A model generated the notes under the pieces. It was not told where the DNA came from. It was given only the letters and a program-made list of their open reading frames with translations, and did no database searches. A stretch of DNA of 61,058 bases, counting the filler, from Sluysia triapertura (Eukaryota): NCBI GenBank assembly GCA_046118255.1. It is 4 parts of 4 records of this genome, joined end to end, with 100 filler letters (N's around TTAATTAATTAA, not from the genome) between each part and the next. Parts side by side here need not be neighbours in the genome. Positions count along the whole stretch, not along the records: positions 1 to 16,130 come from JBJNIA010210145.1; positions 16,231 to 27,495 come from JBJNIA010186625.1; 2 more parts are not named here. The stretch is one strand, 5' to 3'. Shown piece after piece: positions 12,739 to 26,380 of the stretch; the stretch's first letter is position 1, and each line of letters starts with the position of its first letter. Both the position numbers and the translations under genes were made by a program.

Positions 12739-15700
12739 CTAAAAATAAATCACATATTTAATAATAATAATAATAATAATAATAAAACGACGTTCAAAAA
12801 TATAAAATCAATTATTATTTAATTAATACAGTGAATTATAAGTATCGTTAATTTTTTAAAAATGAAATTTGATTCAAAAAGTAGTTTAAGGTTTTGAAAT
12901 GTAACTGCAGTATAAGACATTCGAGAATTAGATTTAATTATCCAGGTTTTATTGTCATAATACAATAACTTTTAATTAATATGTTTTAATTAATTCTAGA
13001 TATTCTTTATTTTATACATTATAATAAATCAAGACTTCCAAAATGTATTGGAAAGGACCTAAATTGATTACTTCGTTGAAAAAAACAATATTTTCTTTGA
13101 TTTTATTAGTTCTACTTCGTTTATATCGTATTGATAATTGAATTCAAAGAAAATTACATTGAGTCTTTTTTAAAAAAACAAGTTTGTGATATTTAATTAC
13201 TATTTTTAAAAAATATCTTTTAAAATAAAAAGCTATAGTTATAAAAAAAAGAAAATGTACCTAAAATAAAAATGATGAAAATTTGATTTAAATTATTTTG
13301 AATTAACTATTTCAGTGCTTTGCATATTATATAAATTTTAGTAATTAAATGTCGAGTTTTTGGATATTTCTTTTCTGTTTTTGCTTTGAATTTACTGCAA
13401 TGCGTTGTTTATAGTGGCTATGGAATTATATCTTAAAAAAATTGCTAAATATTGTCCACAATTCAAACTAATAAACTAGAACAAAAGTAGAAACTTTTAA
13501 AATGCACAAAAGTTCAGAAATATTAAACCATTTAGTGTCACGATCTTAGTTTTGTCATTTTACACCTATCAATCAATATTGTTCATAACAGATGGTTTGT
13601 ATTGTGTGTTTCATTTCTTTTCGATAAGTGAACAAATTTGGAAATCATCTGTCAGTTGAACACAAAAAATGTGGTATAATTTGTTTTACAAAATATAACT
13701 GTAATTTATATTTATTCAAATCGGAAAGTCATATTAATACACTTTTCGAGTTAGTATTTATTATACAAAACAAGATAAACTGATTAAGTGAATAATACAA
13801 ATATTTCAATAAAATTAAAGTTAAACAAATAACAGAAAAAGCACTAGCTGCATCAACGAACTCATGCTTGTAATAACTTTCTTGAAATATCGAATATTTA
13901 TAAAATTAATGTGATAAAAAGGTAAACCTTGTGTTGATTTGATATAATTTTATAAAGCTTGCAATTTAGTTGATTAATCAATCAAACTTCTTTTCATTTA
14001 ACTAGATAATATACATTTTAAGCGGATATTTATTGTTCTCATCAGAACAACTAAAATAACAATAATTATTGTAATAATGTAATATTATTTTTGCATAGTT
14101 ATAACTTTTCTTAAATAATAAATACATACATATATATACTTATTTAAACACACACACATATATATATAATCATATAATAATCTAATAATAAAATTTTACA
14201 TATAAATAAATGAAAATAGTATCATACATTGAAAAGATTATTTCTGTAATTTTTTAAAAATATCTTAAAAGTGCACAAAAGAATTCTAAGAAGCACATCG
14301 GAACTCAGTATACTTAATTAGCAAATTGATATGGTTACAGATTTTGCTAACATTGAAATGTATAAATAAAATTTAGATTAGATAAATTATATTATGGAAA
14401 ATTAAATGTATAGAATAGAATTATTTAACAATAGAAAGTCGCTCTACAATTGAATTTAACATTGAAGTAACTAAAAATATCGGTAGAAAACACTATATAA
14501 AGTTTGTATTTTGTTGGTTGTCATTTAAAAAAGCAAAAATTTACTTGAAATTATATTATTTAAATTAAATTATTTTAAATTATTATACATTGCATCACAC
14601 ATTAAAATACATTATATAAAATTAATAAAATCTTCAAATAAAATCATATTTATATATCAAAATTGTTGCTTCATTTTATCAAATAAACTTTAGTGTGCTA
14701 CGTGTTTATTTTTAAGTATTTTAAATTAACCAATTGCATGCAGCAATTCAAAAATACAAAAAAATTAACTGTATAATGATAATCGTTATTGGTATTGTTT
14801 TGAATAATTTAAAATAATCTCATTAATGAAAAGAAAAAATTGAAAAATGGGACATCGAAAAAAGTAATCTTAATTTGTTACACCTAAATACGTCTGTCTA
14901 TAAAGTAAAAGTTATTCTATTTTTAGAGAATTAAGTGATAAAACATTCATAAAACATTTAAAATACTTATAAAAATAAAATTATTTTGGTATGAACGTCT
15001 GAATGCTTTAAACATGCTCGATAATTAAAAGAAAAAGTAAAATGTAAAATCATTTTAAATTGATAGAAATAATATGAAGTCAAAAAAAATAATTATACAA
15101 ATTCAATATAGAAATATAATTGTATTTCAAACGATATGCAAACAAAAACGAATGCAAAACAAATGAGAATGCGTGTGATGGATGATTTGGTTATGTAATA
15201 ATAATAGTAATAAATATATTAATAATAGTGAATGTATAGCAAAATGAACGAATGAGATTTAGATATGTAATGTTAATAATAATAAAATTTAATGTGACTA
15301 TATGTTAATAAGAATCATAAAAAATTATTCTTCAACAAGAATAATAATATTTGTTATTAATTTTTTTTGTTAAAAGAAGAATTGAGGGATAAAGACCAAT
15401 ATAATGTTTTAACAAACAATTAAATTTTAATAATTAAGTTTTAACAAACGCAGTTCAACGATTATTTTATTTGTTAGGCACTTCTATCTCGAGCAGCTGA
15501 GACAGATATAAATATTTGATAGACAAAGATTGTCATCAAACAAAAAGTCTGATATCGAGAAAATAATTAAGTGATAATACTAATTAGGAGTGATAAAAAT
15601 AACTAACACTCAACAAGAGTATATACTTTAAGATAAGAGACGTATATTAATTAAAGAAATAACTTAACTTAGTTTTAGAAAAGTAATTATTCAAAAATAT

Positions 15701-16130
15701 CATTAAGCAGAATAAATACTATCTTAGCTATACAATATACTGGTGTCAAAGATGTAAATGCAATTTAATTGAAATCAAATCTTACGTATTTATACTACAG
15801 AAATCCCTGATAAAATAATTGATAAAATTAATAAGATCAAAGGGAATAATGAATAATACAAACAAAAGTCAATTTTATAAGGACTTTATTGATAATTAAT
15901 TTTAAACAATAGGTTACATGTATCTAGTTAATACTTCAACTCAATTCGAATCCCTTGGTAAAAACGAATGTTACTATTTCCCTTTGAATAAATAAGGTTA
16001 TACAATATATTAAATGTAACAGTTAAATATATTCAAATTTTATTCTTTATGCTATTGTTATTGTTGTCTAAGTCGTGCTTTATTTTTCGCGTTTTAATTC
16101 CACTTTAAAACAACTATTCCACAGTTTATA

Positions 16131-16230
16131 NNNNNNNNNNNNNNNNNNNNNNNNNNNNNNNNNNNNNNNNNNNNTTAATTAATTAANNNNNNNNNNNNNN
16201 NNNNNNNNNNNNNNNNNNNNNNNNNNNNNN
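16131..16230. other. Assembly gap with artificial six-frame-stop linker TTAATTAATTAA (same at 27496-27595 and 49353-49452)
   Basis: N44-TTAATTAATTAA-N44, identical at three sites. Confidence 0.97.
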
Positions 16231-16699
16231 CTTCAAATCAGAACATTTTGAATTTTACAATTTAAATGCCGAATAAGGGTTTAAGAATTTGAAGAATAAT
16301 ATTCATGTAAAATTCATTTGTCTTAAACCACCTAGACTGAATTTTAGCACTTACATATAACTCTTTATAAATAACTTAGCAAATCCGTGTGCGATTTGCA
16401 CAAACTTTTATCTAATGAAGATAAGCATTTAATTGCATCCATTCATCTAAATGATGAATATATGAAACATTTACATTTTGCTTTCAAAGGAAAATAAAAT
16501 AAGGTAAATATTTTTGAAATTCTTAAAATTGATCCTTCCACAATATTTGTGCTAACATTTCTTATATCTGTTAAACCAACTTTTTTAGTACTACGCGTAT
16601 TTATCCACCATAATTGCAACTAATCCAAGTTTCACTCTGTTACGAATAATGACTATTATTAAGTTCTTTACCATTTCGACCTCTTGCAATCGGTAGAAA

Positions 16700-17790
16700 C
16701 ACCACCGCTATATGAATATGCAACATTTTATCCTTTCATAATTGAATCCGAATAACAACCCTTGTCCCGCATTAATAGCTTGTATTTGCCCGTCTTGTAT
16801 CTCTGTTTCATGTTTTTTGCAACGTTCCATAAACAGACATAATAAAGTTGATATCTGTGGCATAATCAGGTTAAAAGTTAATGTGCTCCATAAAAATACA
16901 CTAGAGTATTGTTTGGACAGTTGGTGTGTATTTAAAACGTCTTCGATGAAACACAAAAACACTGAATCATTATTTGCAACGATCTATTCGAAAATCAATT
17001 ATTTCGTATCAAGATTACTATGGAAATAGTAAATCAGAAAAAATCTGTGTACGTTCCAAATTTCCCTAGATTAAGCTTTAAATGACTAATATTATCTAAA
17101 GTGTGACCTTTGTAATTTATATTTGTTAACATAAATTAATTCTTTGCTAATATGTATGAGTGCGTAAAACCAGTTTGGTAAAACTTTTCTACTCCAATAT
17201 ACAAGTTGTTAGGCTGTATATTAAACTCATGACCCGTTAAACTCTTGAAACATGACAAAAATAATGTTAATTTTCTTTATAGACGGCTGTAGAAGTGGAA
17301 ACTATATTTGAGAACGTAACACCAGAAATGACATAAGACTTGGTTAGCAAAGGCGGCAGAAATGCACCTACAAGACGTAAAATATCTGCTTCACATTGTA
17401 AACTGCACATCTAAATTTTCCAAAAATTCCTTTTGTAGTTTGACTGTTATAAATGTAAATTGTTTTTGGACTGTAAATTTTAAAATGATTCAACAAACAT
17501 TGAGTTAGAAATTTTAGATACCGCATTAAAACTCTATGCTGAATTATCTGTAAGTATTCTAACTATCGAATAATTATTAAATTTTAAGTAATTATTGATT
17601 AAATATCGTAATAATGCATCGCCGCTTGAAGAATCGAAAAGTGGATCTATTAAATCCGGAAAATATGGATTAGTAATTGTAACGACTGCAAAACCATCTG
17701 ATGAAGTTTGAGTTATGATGAAGAATAGGCAATGCCCATATTACTGCTACTTCTACTAGTCGTAATTCCAACAATAAGTTCATCTTTTTC
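16700..17790 (-). pseudogene. Roquin/RC3H-like intronless pseudogene (HEPN-N/ROQ/CCCH), best-supported copy
   Basis: In Roquin order: DALLRYL (NSALLQL); ILE*KSFTKLVLRTHTY*QRINLC ([25 protein letters not shown]); NNDSVFLCFIEDVLNTHQLSKQYSSVFLWSTLTFNLIMPQISTLL ([47 protein letters not shown]); GKYKLLMRDKGC...KG*NVAYSYS (SKYKTYMCRD...RGASCTFAHS). Confidence 0.7.
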
Positions 17791-17899
17791 CAAAAACTTG
17801 TCCAAGTAAATCAAAATTACTTCTATTTCATGGTTCGGTTTACGTAGTGTGTGAGTTTCGTCAAGCAATTCATTATTTTATTGTTCTACTTTATACAGT

Positions 17900-18230
17900 C
17901 AAGTTTTTCTCTCTCATGCAGAATCATGATAATTCTTTCTTTATTTTTTGATACCGAGCTACCTCATCAGCACAATCTCTTTCAATGTTTTCTAAAACAT
18001 CATTATTTTCTTTATAACGAAAACAATCGGTTTTTAATTTATCATATTCAGAATGTCGTAGTTGACTTAGATGAACTTTCCATTATTGACTTGCATTCCG
18101 CACTCTGTCATTTCTTGTATGTATGATGGTGTTTTAAACATTAAAGACACCTAAATACATTACTATTCACACCTAATATTCCATACTCATGAAAAACTTT
18201 CCTTACATTCTACGACTAAAATGCAATGTC
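17900..18230 (-). pseudogene. ROQ-domain relic
   Basis: ESSSKS/LRHSEYDKLKTDCFRYKENND...LENIERDCADEV ([28 protein letters not shown]...[12 protein letters not shown]). Confidence 0.4.
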
Positions 18231-19106
18231 AGCAAAACCAGTTTACTTTTAAAGAAATTTCATATTCTTTTAAAAGTTTATTTTAGAGTTTAAAGGTTTT
18301 ATATATTGAGATTTAAAAGCTATATATTTGGTTTAAGGTTTGTGTTCTTGTTATTGTAATTATTAATAAAATTTTAAGTAACAAGTTGAACCACCACAAT
18401 CATCAACATAATTAATATCATCAAACCATTATTATCAGCATAACTTTTATTATAAGTGTCATCATCGTTATTATTTTTGTTGTTAATATCTTCAATGAAA
18501 GCCAATGGATTTCAGTTATTATTTTAAATTCATTCACAGTCTTTATCAAGTATTTTTAATGTAATTTTAGCACAATTTTTATTTTTTAGTACGTTTTGTG
18601 ATTGAAATTAGTTTAATGGTTCTCCTTTTCAAAAATAATGATGACTTGGATACGACAGTGTAATGTGATGAAAGAAGTACTACAAAGTTATGTATTGTGT
18701 AATGTCAGCTCGAGAAAAGGTAGTTCAATTCGTGGCGATTACGTCAAATGTTCATTACAGTTTAGAAGAATTTTTAAATATAAAATAACCGTTTTTTTGT
18801 TACGTTCTATATAAATTTTATAACCCCGTGATGTTCTTTTTATATTATAACTTTAGTAAGGTCATTAACGTACAATAACGATAACGACAGCAAGTTCTTT
18901 AAAATTAATATCCATTTAATAGCATTTCTTAAAGAATGCTATTATTTCGAACAAAGCACAATAAAACCCAACCAAGATATAAATACAAATGATTTACACA
19001 TTGCCATTTAGCATAATAAAAACAGAGCTTTCACAACCTAAAAATAAAATAACAATAATAACTAAAATGAAAAATAAACATTTAGTTAAAATAATAATAA
19101 AAAACA

Positions 19107-19107
<1 letters not shown>

Positions 19108-19173
<66 letters not shown>
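19108..19173. repeat. (AAT)n microsatellite; similar tracts at ~7450-7520, 22268-22322, 23620-23685, 24525-24600, 31870-31940, 32113-32150, 42750-42797, 49283-49352
   Basis: Seen directly; these tracts generate the poly-I/N/L pseudo-ORFs in the ORF track. Confidence 0.95.
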
Positions 19174-19174
<1 letters not shown>

Positions 19175-20835
19175 GAATGAATGGTTTTTATATCTAATAA
19201 CGATAGAACTGGTAAGAACCTAGTGAAGCTTAAAAGAATAAATAATTGTAAAGAAAAACAAAAATAGCAATATATTAATTAATTTTATAGATCAAGGAAG
19301 TATTCATGGTATTGTAATATAAATAAAGAATTTTAGACATAATGTTCATTTTAAAAATAAACTCATTTTTAATAATGTTAAAATAATCATTCATCTTAAT
19401 ATAATTATTAAAATAATAATGCACAAAAAATTACAAAGATTATAATGCTTTAGTATCAATTTAAAATGAGATTACATATAGTATAAATTCAAAATTTAAT
19501 AACAAATAACAATCAAATTTCAATTAAATTTGTAGAAATAATCATTTAAAGTGAGACTCAATGAAGACAATATGAACTTAAAATTTATGAACATTAAACC
19601 TTACTATTATCTTAAAATAAGAATTAATAATAACAATATGAAATCAAACTTTAATTCGATCAAAAGTAACTTAAATTAAAGATTTGATAGAATAGATAAA
19701 ATTATATGCAATCAAAATATAAAAGCCTTATAATCGAATAAAATCGTACTAAACTGAAATTGAATAAAGTTACTATAAAATCAAATTTTAAAAACATTAG
19801 TAAAAACATAATTTAAAATAAAATTAATTAGCGGAAAACAACATACGATACTGAATTATTATTTATTAGTAAGAATGTATTTATTGAATAGCAATTATTA
19901 TATTATATATATTTATTATTAACAATATTATTAACAATAATTATTAATTGAATTATTTAGTAATCATGTTGTATTATGGAATATTAGCTTTAGTATTACC
20001 ATTAATATATTGAACTTAGTATAATCTTACTATTTACTAAATATTGGACTTTTTGGTACAAAAATAATAATAATGACGAAACAAAAAGGTCGTATTTGAA
20101 TTCGATAACAAACAGTATATATCCGTGGACTTTGGAGAACTTTTATGATAATTGCTGTTAAGGTAATAATTGTTTTCTGTTTGTAACTAATTTTATATTA
20201 ACAATTCATGTTTTTAATTAAAATAAAATTTGAAGTTTATATCAAGATTTTATTTATTTAATAAAAATGTTATTATATTTTTCTATTTATTTTTTGGTAT
20301 AAAATTTAATTAAAAAAGAATTAAAATGAACATTTAAGGAATATGGTAGTTATAAAATCAAAGTAGAATAAAATTTCCAGAAGGTTGCTAAGTAAATAGA
20401 AAATAAGATCCAGTATTGGAGAATGCAAAGATATTTAAATAAACATTTCACATTTTTTAGCTCTTTCATTTCAAACCATCGAAAGGAGTATACGAATTCA
20501 CACTTCTAGGTAAGGTAAATATAATATAAAGTACAAATAATACTTATAGAATAAGACAATAAAAGGAGTCTACATTGATAAGAGCCTGTACCTTCAATTA
20601 TGTCCAAGTAGTATTATAAGATTAGAATATTATTAGAAAAGTTAAGTTACTATTCAAGAATAATAATTTATAAAAGTAAAGAAATGTAGACGCTTACCAA
20701 AAACTAAGAGTCAAGAATCCATTAATTCTACAAAATACAAAAACAGCATTTAGACCCACTAAAAATTTAGAAAGAATATCCATACCCTACCATTTTAATT
20801 TTCATAGTATTAACAAGCCTAATATTAAGTACCAA

Positions 20836-20904
20836 ACGGAAAATGGACGGAAAATCGACGGAAAATGGACGGAAAATGGACGGAAAATCGACGGAAAATC
20901 GACG
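20836..20904 (+). repeat. 11-bp minisatellite ACGGAAAAT(G/C)G x6
   Basis: Six full units, variants G,C,G,G,C,C, plus a partial unit. Confidence 0.95.
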
Positions 20905-21789
20905 AGTGATTTTATTAATGTAAGTAATGATATAAGTTATAGTGATAATGAATTTATATTTTATACGCTCATTAAAGGTGGCTTTTCTGGAAAAGGTTTT
21001 TGATTTATATATCTTTTAAGCTATTTTATATGCTTTAAACTATTTTGGTGCATATATATACACATTTAAAGGTGTAAAGTTACGAATCATGATCGTAGGC
21101 ATGATAAAATATTTAATTCATTATTTCATCGAAATGGATGTGTATTTTTCATAAATGATTGGAGTAAATAATAAAAACATGTCAAATTAATGGATATTAT
21201 TTTTTGTTAAATGTCACTGCTTGGAATCATTAGAATAAATGAATCAGCTAAAGGATTATTTTGATAATAATTTGGAAAAATCGAGATATTTAGTAACAAG
21301 AAATTTTAATACAGAAATTAATGAACTGATTAATATTTATTAGTATTTAATATTGACAGTAATATCTGATAATTATTTGTTTGCCTTTTTAGAAGAATTG
21401 AAGATTAAAAATTAGGCTTAGTATATAATGAAAGAAGTATTCGAAAATGATAAATTTTACATATGATTCATTAAATAAATAGTTCAACACAACGTTGTCT
21501 TATTTTCTTTACAATGAAAAGATGTGAAATTTTTGTTTAATACAGATATAAAGAATAAAATGATGCAAAAAAGAAAAGTAAAGAAAGAAAATTATTAGAA
21601 ATGGAAAGGTATAAATGAAATGTTAAGTTTATTTATAAATAAAAAAAATGAAAATTATTTAAATAATGATAAAATTAATTCAAATGACATTTTAAATCTT
21701 TTGAAATTAAATGAAACGATAACACATATTAATTAATCAAAGATTACATTAGAAGTTCAAAAGAATAATACAAATGAATTTGAATTTGA

Positions 21790-22200
21790 AACAATGATTG
21801 AAGATAATTTAATAAGTACTGTGTCGAAAATGTCAAAAACAAGTTTTATTGAACTAATTCTAAGAATACTTATCAAAAAATTAAATTTCTGTTCAGTAAA
21901 AAAGATTTGGTTTCATCTGAAATAAAGAATATATAATTACACATAGGAATCAAGTATAACATTATCAAAATTGATTAAAACAGTTTCACAACATTTGCAA
22001 AAATCTGTAAAAAATAAACTCCATTTGAAATCGGTAATGTAGAAAATCCTATTAAAATAATAACTGAATTTAGAAAGCGATTTAAGAATCATTATTTATA
22101 AATCAATGAAGAAACAACCATAATTTTAAAATATATGGAATATAATAAGATATTACATGAATTCAAAAATGTACAGGGAAAAATTATTAATTGTATTTAA
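21790..22200 (+). pseudogene. ROQ-domain relic
   Basis: SKMSKTSFIELILR...KKIWFHLKIKNI ([14 protein letters not shown]...[11 protein letters not shown]); EIGNV...NEETTIILK. Confidence 0.5.
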
Positions 22201-22268
22201 TAATAATAATATATTAATTTATATTGTGCTCATATCTACCGCGAAAGTATTGAAAAGCACTAAAGGTA

Positions 22269-22323
<55 letters not shown>

Positions 22324-22799
22324 GAAATAAAATAAAATAACGCCTCTAAAAAATAATTTTAATAATTTGCGTATAATAATAATTTGGGTATAAAAATAAT
22401 GCTTAATATATTTTTAAGAAGTTTAAAAAATGCACAATTACGAATATTGACAACGATTCAACGAGGTTATAAATAAACGATTACTACAATTATTAACGAG
22501 TTCTACATTGTGAATCAAATCTGTGTTTAATTATTCAGTTGTTGTTTGTCGATGCTTCCAAGTTTTTATTTGTCGCGGAAGGGTCGAAATAAAATCTAAT
22601 TATATTTTCCGATAGAATAATTCTAGCCCTAAAATCCTTGTAACCTCTAATTTCAAATTAACTTTAATTTTTAAAGCATATGTACAATTAAATTATAAAT
22701 TGTAATTATTTATATTGCATTCTACTCATTTTTGTAATATATTTTCGTTTTTATTTTTTAATATTTTATTTTAAATATTCAAAGAAATTATTTAAAATT

Positions 22800-23190
22800 A
22801 GAGTTTAATCATTAGTGTAACATAGAATGGATTAAGTATAATTTATCTTATCACATTGAAATAAGAGTAAGAGAAGCTTTGGAAATCATTCAACTCGCAT
22901 TAAATCTTTAGAAGCTCTATTACGCTGTATCTGTGCCTTCAAAAATAGAATATAATGTGTTGATTACAGGCAAATCCAAATAGAAATTTTATATTTGCTG
23001 ATCCAAAGAAGAAAAACATCAGTTATTTATGAAATAACAGAATTTATTTAAATCACCAAATGCACTAAAAATTATTAAATATATTCCAAATTTAAGAAAT
23101 TTGTAATTTTATTGATTTTATATTCTTGTTCTTTTAATCCTATCAAATGAATTAAAACTTTCTTAAGTCTATTCAATAAATTCAGCATTT
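22800..23190 (+). pseudogene. ROQ-domain relic
   Basis: Single frame: VREALEIIQLALN ([13 protein letters not shown])...FMK*QNLFKSPNALKLLNIFQI*EICNFIDL ([31 protein letters not shown]). Confidence 0.65.
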
Positions 23191-23619
23191 TGTTAGTATT
23201 ATTTAATTAAAACGAACAACAAATATATGATACAAAATTAAAATTCAAAAATTATTTTTAAAATGAATTTTTCTCAAAAAATTAAAATTTAATTTACTCT
23301 ATAAAATTGTAGTTAAAATAAATTAATGAGCTATTTCAAATGAATATGTATGTTGCATTAATTATTCAAACAATGAATTTGTATTAATTTAATTAAATTT
23401 TCACAAGAAGTTTGTGTTTTACTAATAATATTATGAATATTGTATATTTTAAAGATATCTTATTAGTTTATTAAGATGTGATAAAATTAGAGTAAGAACA
23501 TACTATTACTATTATTAATGTGGTGATTCGAAACCTTCATGCATCATTTGCATAAATAGTGATGTGTTAATGTTGGAGTAATAATATTGGAGTAATAACA
23601 TTACTATTATTATTACTAA

Positions 23620-23660
<41 letters not shown>

Positions 23661-23789
23661 TATTATTATTATTATTATTATTATTTCAAACTTTACAAAT
23701 AAATCTTCATATTTATTTTGAGGTGAAACTAATAATTACACTTCATTAAAATTTGAAAATTTCAATTGAATTTTCAGTAGCATATTTAT

Positions 23790-24400
23790 TTCTTCCAGAA
23801 AATGATATATGGCTTATCATAAATAGTTTATAAGTTTTTAAGTAATCCTTCCGCACGTTGCTTTGAAATTCAAGCAGTTTTTGTTTCGAAGCCTATGAAA
23901 AAATAATATGAGTTTCTGAAATAAATTTTAGAACTCTGAATTCTGATGAATATAATGTGATTAAGGTTATTGGATTGGTCAATTGATTACAAGATAGATT
24001 CACAAAGTTATTTTGCTTTCAGTGCTCATGCAACACAAAACTAAATAACATAAATCATGCCCATTTGACTAAAACGAGTGTTTAACAGTGTTTTCTTGGA
24101 AAAAGTGTCTAACTTGAAGAGTTTGTTTTTGTTGATACAGTAAGCTCATTTTCAAACTCTAAAGCGTTTCGGATAAATCTATATCATCATAATTAATTTG
24201 CATAAATCTTTTATTTAAAATATGATTTAATGGTTTCTTCATGCCATGCTTTCTTGATTACAGAGAGATCATTCAAATCTTACTGAATGCTTACCAGCAT
24301 TTGTGTAAAAAATCTCCTTGAAAATATATGTTATCAAGTACAATTTGAACCTTTCCTAAGATCTTGATATAATTATCGATGAATGTGGAGAGTGTTTCCA
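23790..24400 (-). pseudogene. ROQ-domain relic
   Basis: LSETL*SL (LSSNLWAA); DLCYLVLCCMSTESKIT ([17 protein letters not shown]); NLNHII (SIGHVV). Confidence 0.5.
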
Positions 24401-24524
24401 TTAGAAAATACAGACTACAGTAAGGTTATGCCAATAAAAGACTATATAGGAAATTGACATATTTTATTATTATAATAATTAATTAATTAATTATTGTTAT
24501 AATTAACGTTATTGGTGTCATTAA

Positions 24525-24599
<75 letters not shown>

Positions 24600-25899
24600 A
24601 ACTAGTAGTAGTACTAGTACTAGTAATGGTGGTGGTTGTAGTAGTATAATAGCTTTTCGTTCAAACAATAATTTAAAACATATCTTATAATTACTTTAAA
24701 CATTATTTAAAATATTACCTAGTATTTTTTTGTACAATTAAGAAAATCTTTCTGAATTTATTGTCGATTTCAAGATAAGGTTTCAATTTAAATTACTGTA
24801 ACTGTTAATCATTTTACATTGCAAAATATTTGGTTTCTAAATTTTTGAATAAAGTAAAACCAGCACGTCTTGCTAGTTCGTAACTACCATGGGAATTGTT
24901 TTATTGTTATATGGTTACCTCAAAAATATTTAAATTTATTTAATATTTTTAGACTAAAACAATTATAATTTAATTTAACAATAAGTGAAAATCATACAAT
25001 AAATAGGCTTTTAATTGCATCGAAAGTGTTAAATTTTTTATTCTAAAATTTATAAACCGAATTTAATTTTTATCATATAATACAGTAATAAATAATAAAC
25101 AAACCCAATTTAGAATTAATCCATACAGTTGATATCCAAACAATCCATATAAAAAACATTACGTAAATTTAATTTTTAATAGGAGCTTTATTTAAAAGAT
25201 AAATAATTAAAATTAGGACACAATAAACCAAAATATAAATTGGCAATATTTTTTGAGCTTAACCAATATCCTGATTATAAAAACAACTACTATAATTACA
25301 AGTCGACATTCATTGTTAATTTGTATTATTATAAAAGACCGTTTTTAATTGGTTGACCACCTGTGATTATGATTAAAAGATTTAGATACATTTACTAAAC
25401 AAACTGGCACTAAAAAATACAACAGATAAAAATCACGAATTACTGCTTTATGAAAAAGAATTTTATAACTATTTTAAATCATTTAATACAAAATAAAATT
25501 ATAATTTTTATTATATAAATTTAATGTAAATTTTAAATTTTAAACATTCATATTTTCATATAATTAAATATTATTAGATTTATTAAAATATGAAGTATCT
25601 TTATAAAATTTTATTAAAGTGTGAGTTTTGCTAAGATTATATTTTAACCAAGAAATGTTAAGAAAACAAAACATCTGTTTATGAACAATTTTGGTATTGT
25701 GTGATCATTAAAGTCTTATTAGCATATATAAAACTAAAATAATTGAATTAATAAAATGAATGCATTTCAATTTTTATTTATTTATTAAAATAAATAAATT
25801 AATATGGATGAGTTAATAAAACCTGTGTTAGACAGTATGGCAAAGCACCAAGTAATTTTAGCATAAATATTATATGTTTGTTTCAGCTTTAAGTAATGA

Positions 25900-26380
25900 G
25901 AAAACTATAGTGACTTTGAAGATAATCTAATGAAATGTTAAATTTATTGAAATATAAATACTGTTGCGTTCTTACTCTTAACTTAACCATAAACAAACTA
26001 TATTTTAACATGGCTCGGTTACTCTTCAGGGCTTAAAATGTGCAGACAATATTTATAGAAATGTGACTTATAAAAACTCACACTTTGAATGATTCTTATC
26101 CGTAATTTATAATGGAAGCTTATTCGGCATTTAATTGAGTTATGTGATTTTAAATGAAGATATTATCCCTCATTAAATCGAGGTTTACAAATGGTTTATA
26201 AAATTAATTTTCCTTTTTTAAGATTTCACCCCTGGGAGCAAAGTCTTTTTTACCAATTTATAATAATTGAATTAGTTGGAAAATTATTTTTCAAAATTGG
26301 GCTACAAATGGCTGCCGATTGAAGTATAATTGTAAGTGTCTTGGTATTTAAACTAAAATTGAAGTTGCAGTTGTGAAACA
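25900..26380 (+). pseudogene. ROQ + CCCH-like relic
   Basis: NMARLLFRA* ([10 protein letters not shown]); RYYPSLNR...LRFHPWEQSLFY (RTYEALRR...[13 protein letters not shown]); FQNWATNGCRLKYNCKC (degenerate finger). Confidence 0.6.

Noticed and set aside
20836-20904. CRISPR-like array
   Set aside because: Contiguous 11-bp units with no spacers, in eukaryotic DNA.
23790-24400. Dynein heavy-chain fragment (AWHEET, LVLCCMS)
   Set aside because: The motifs are far apart in dynein; their order and spacing fit the ROQ domain better.
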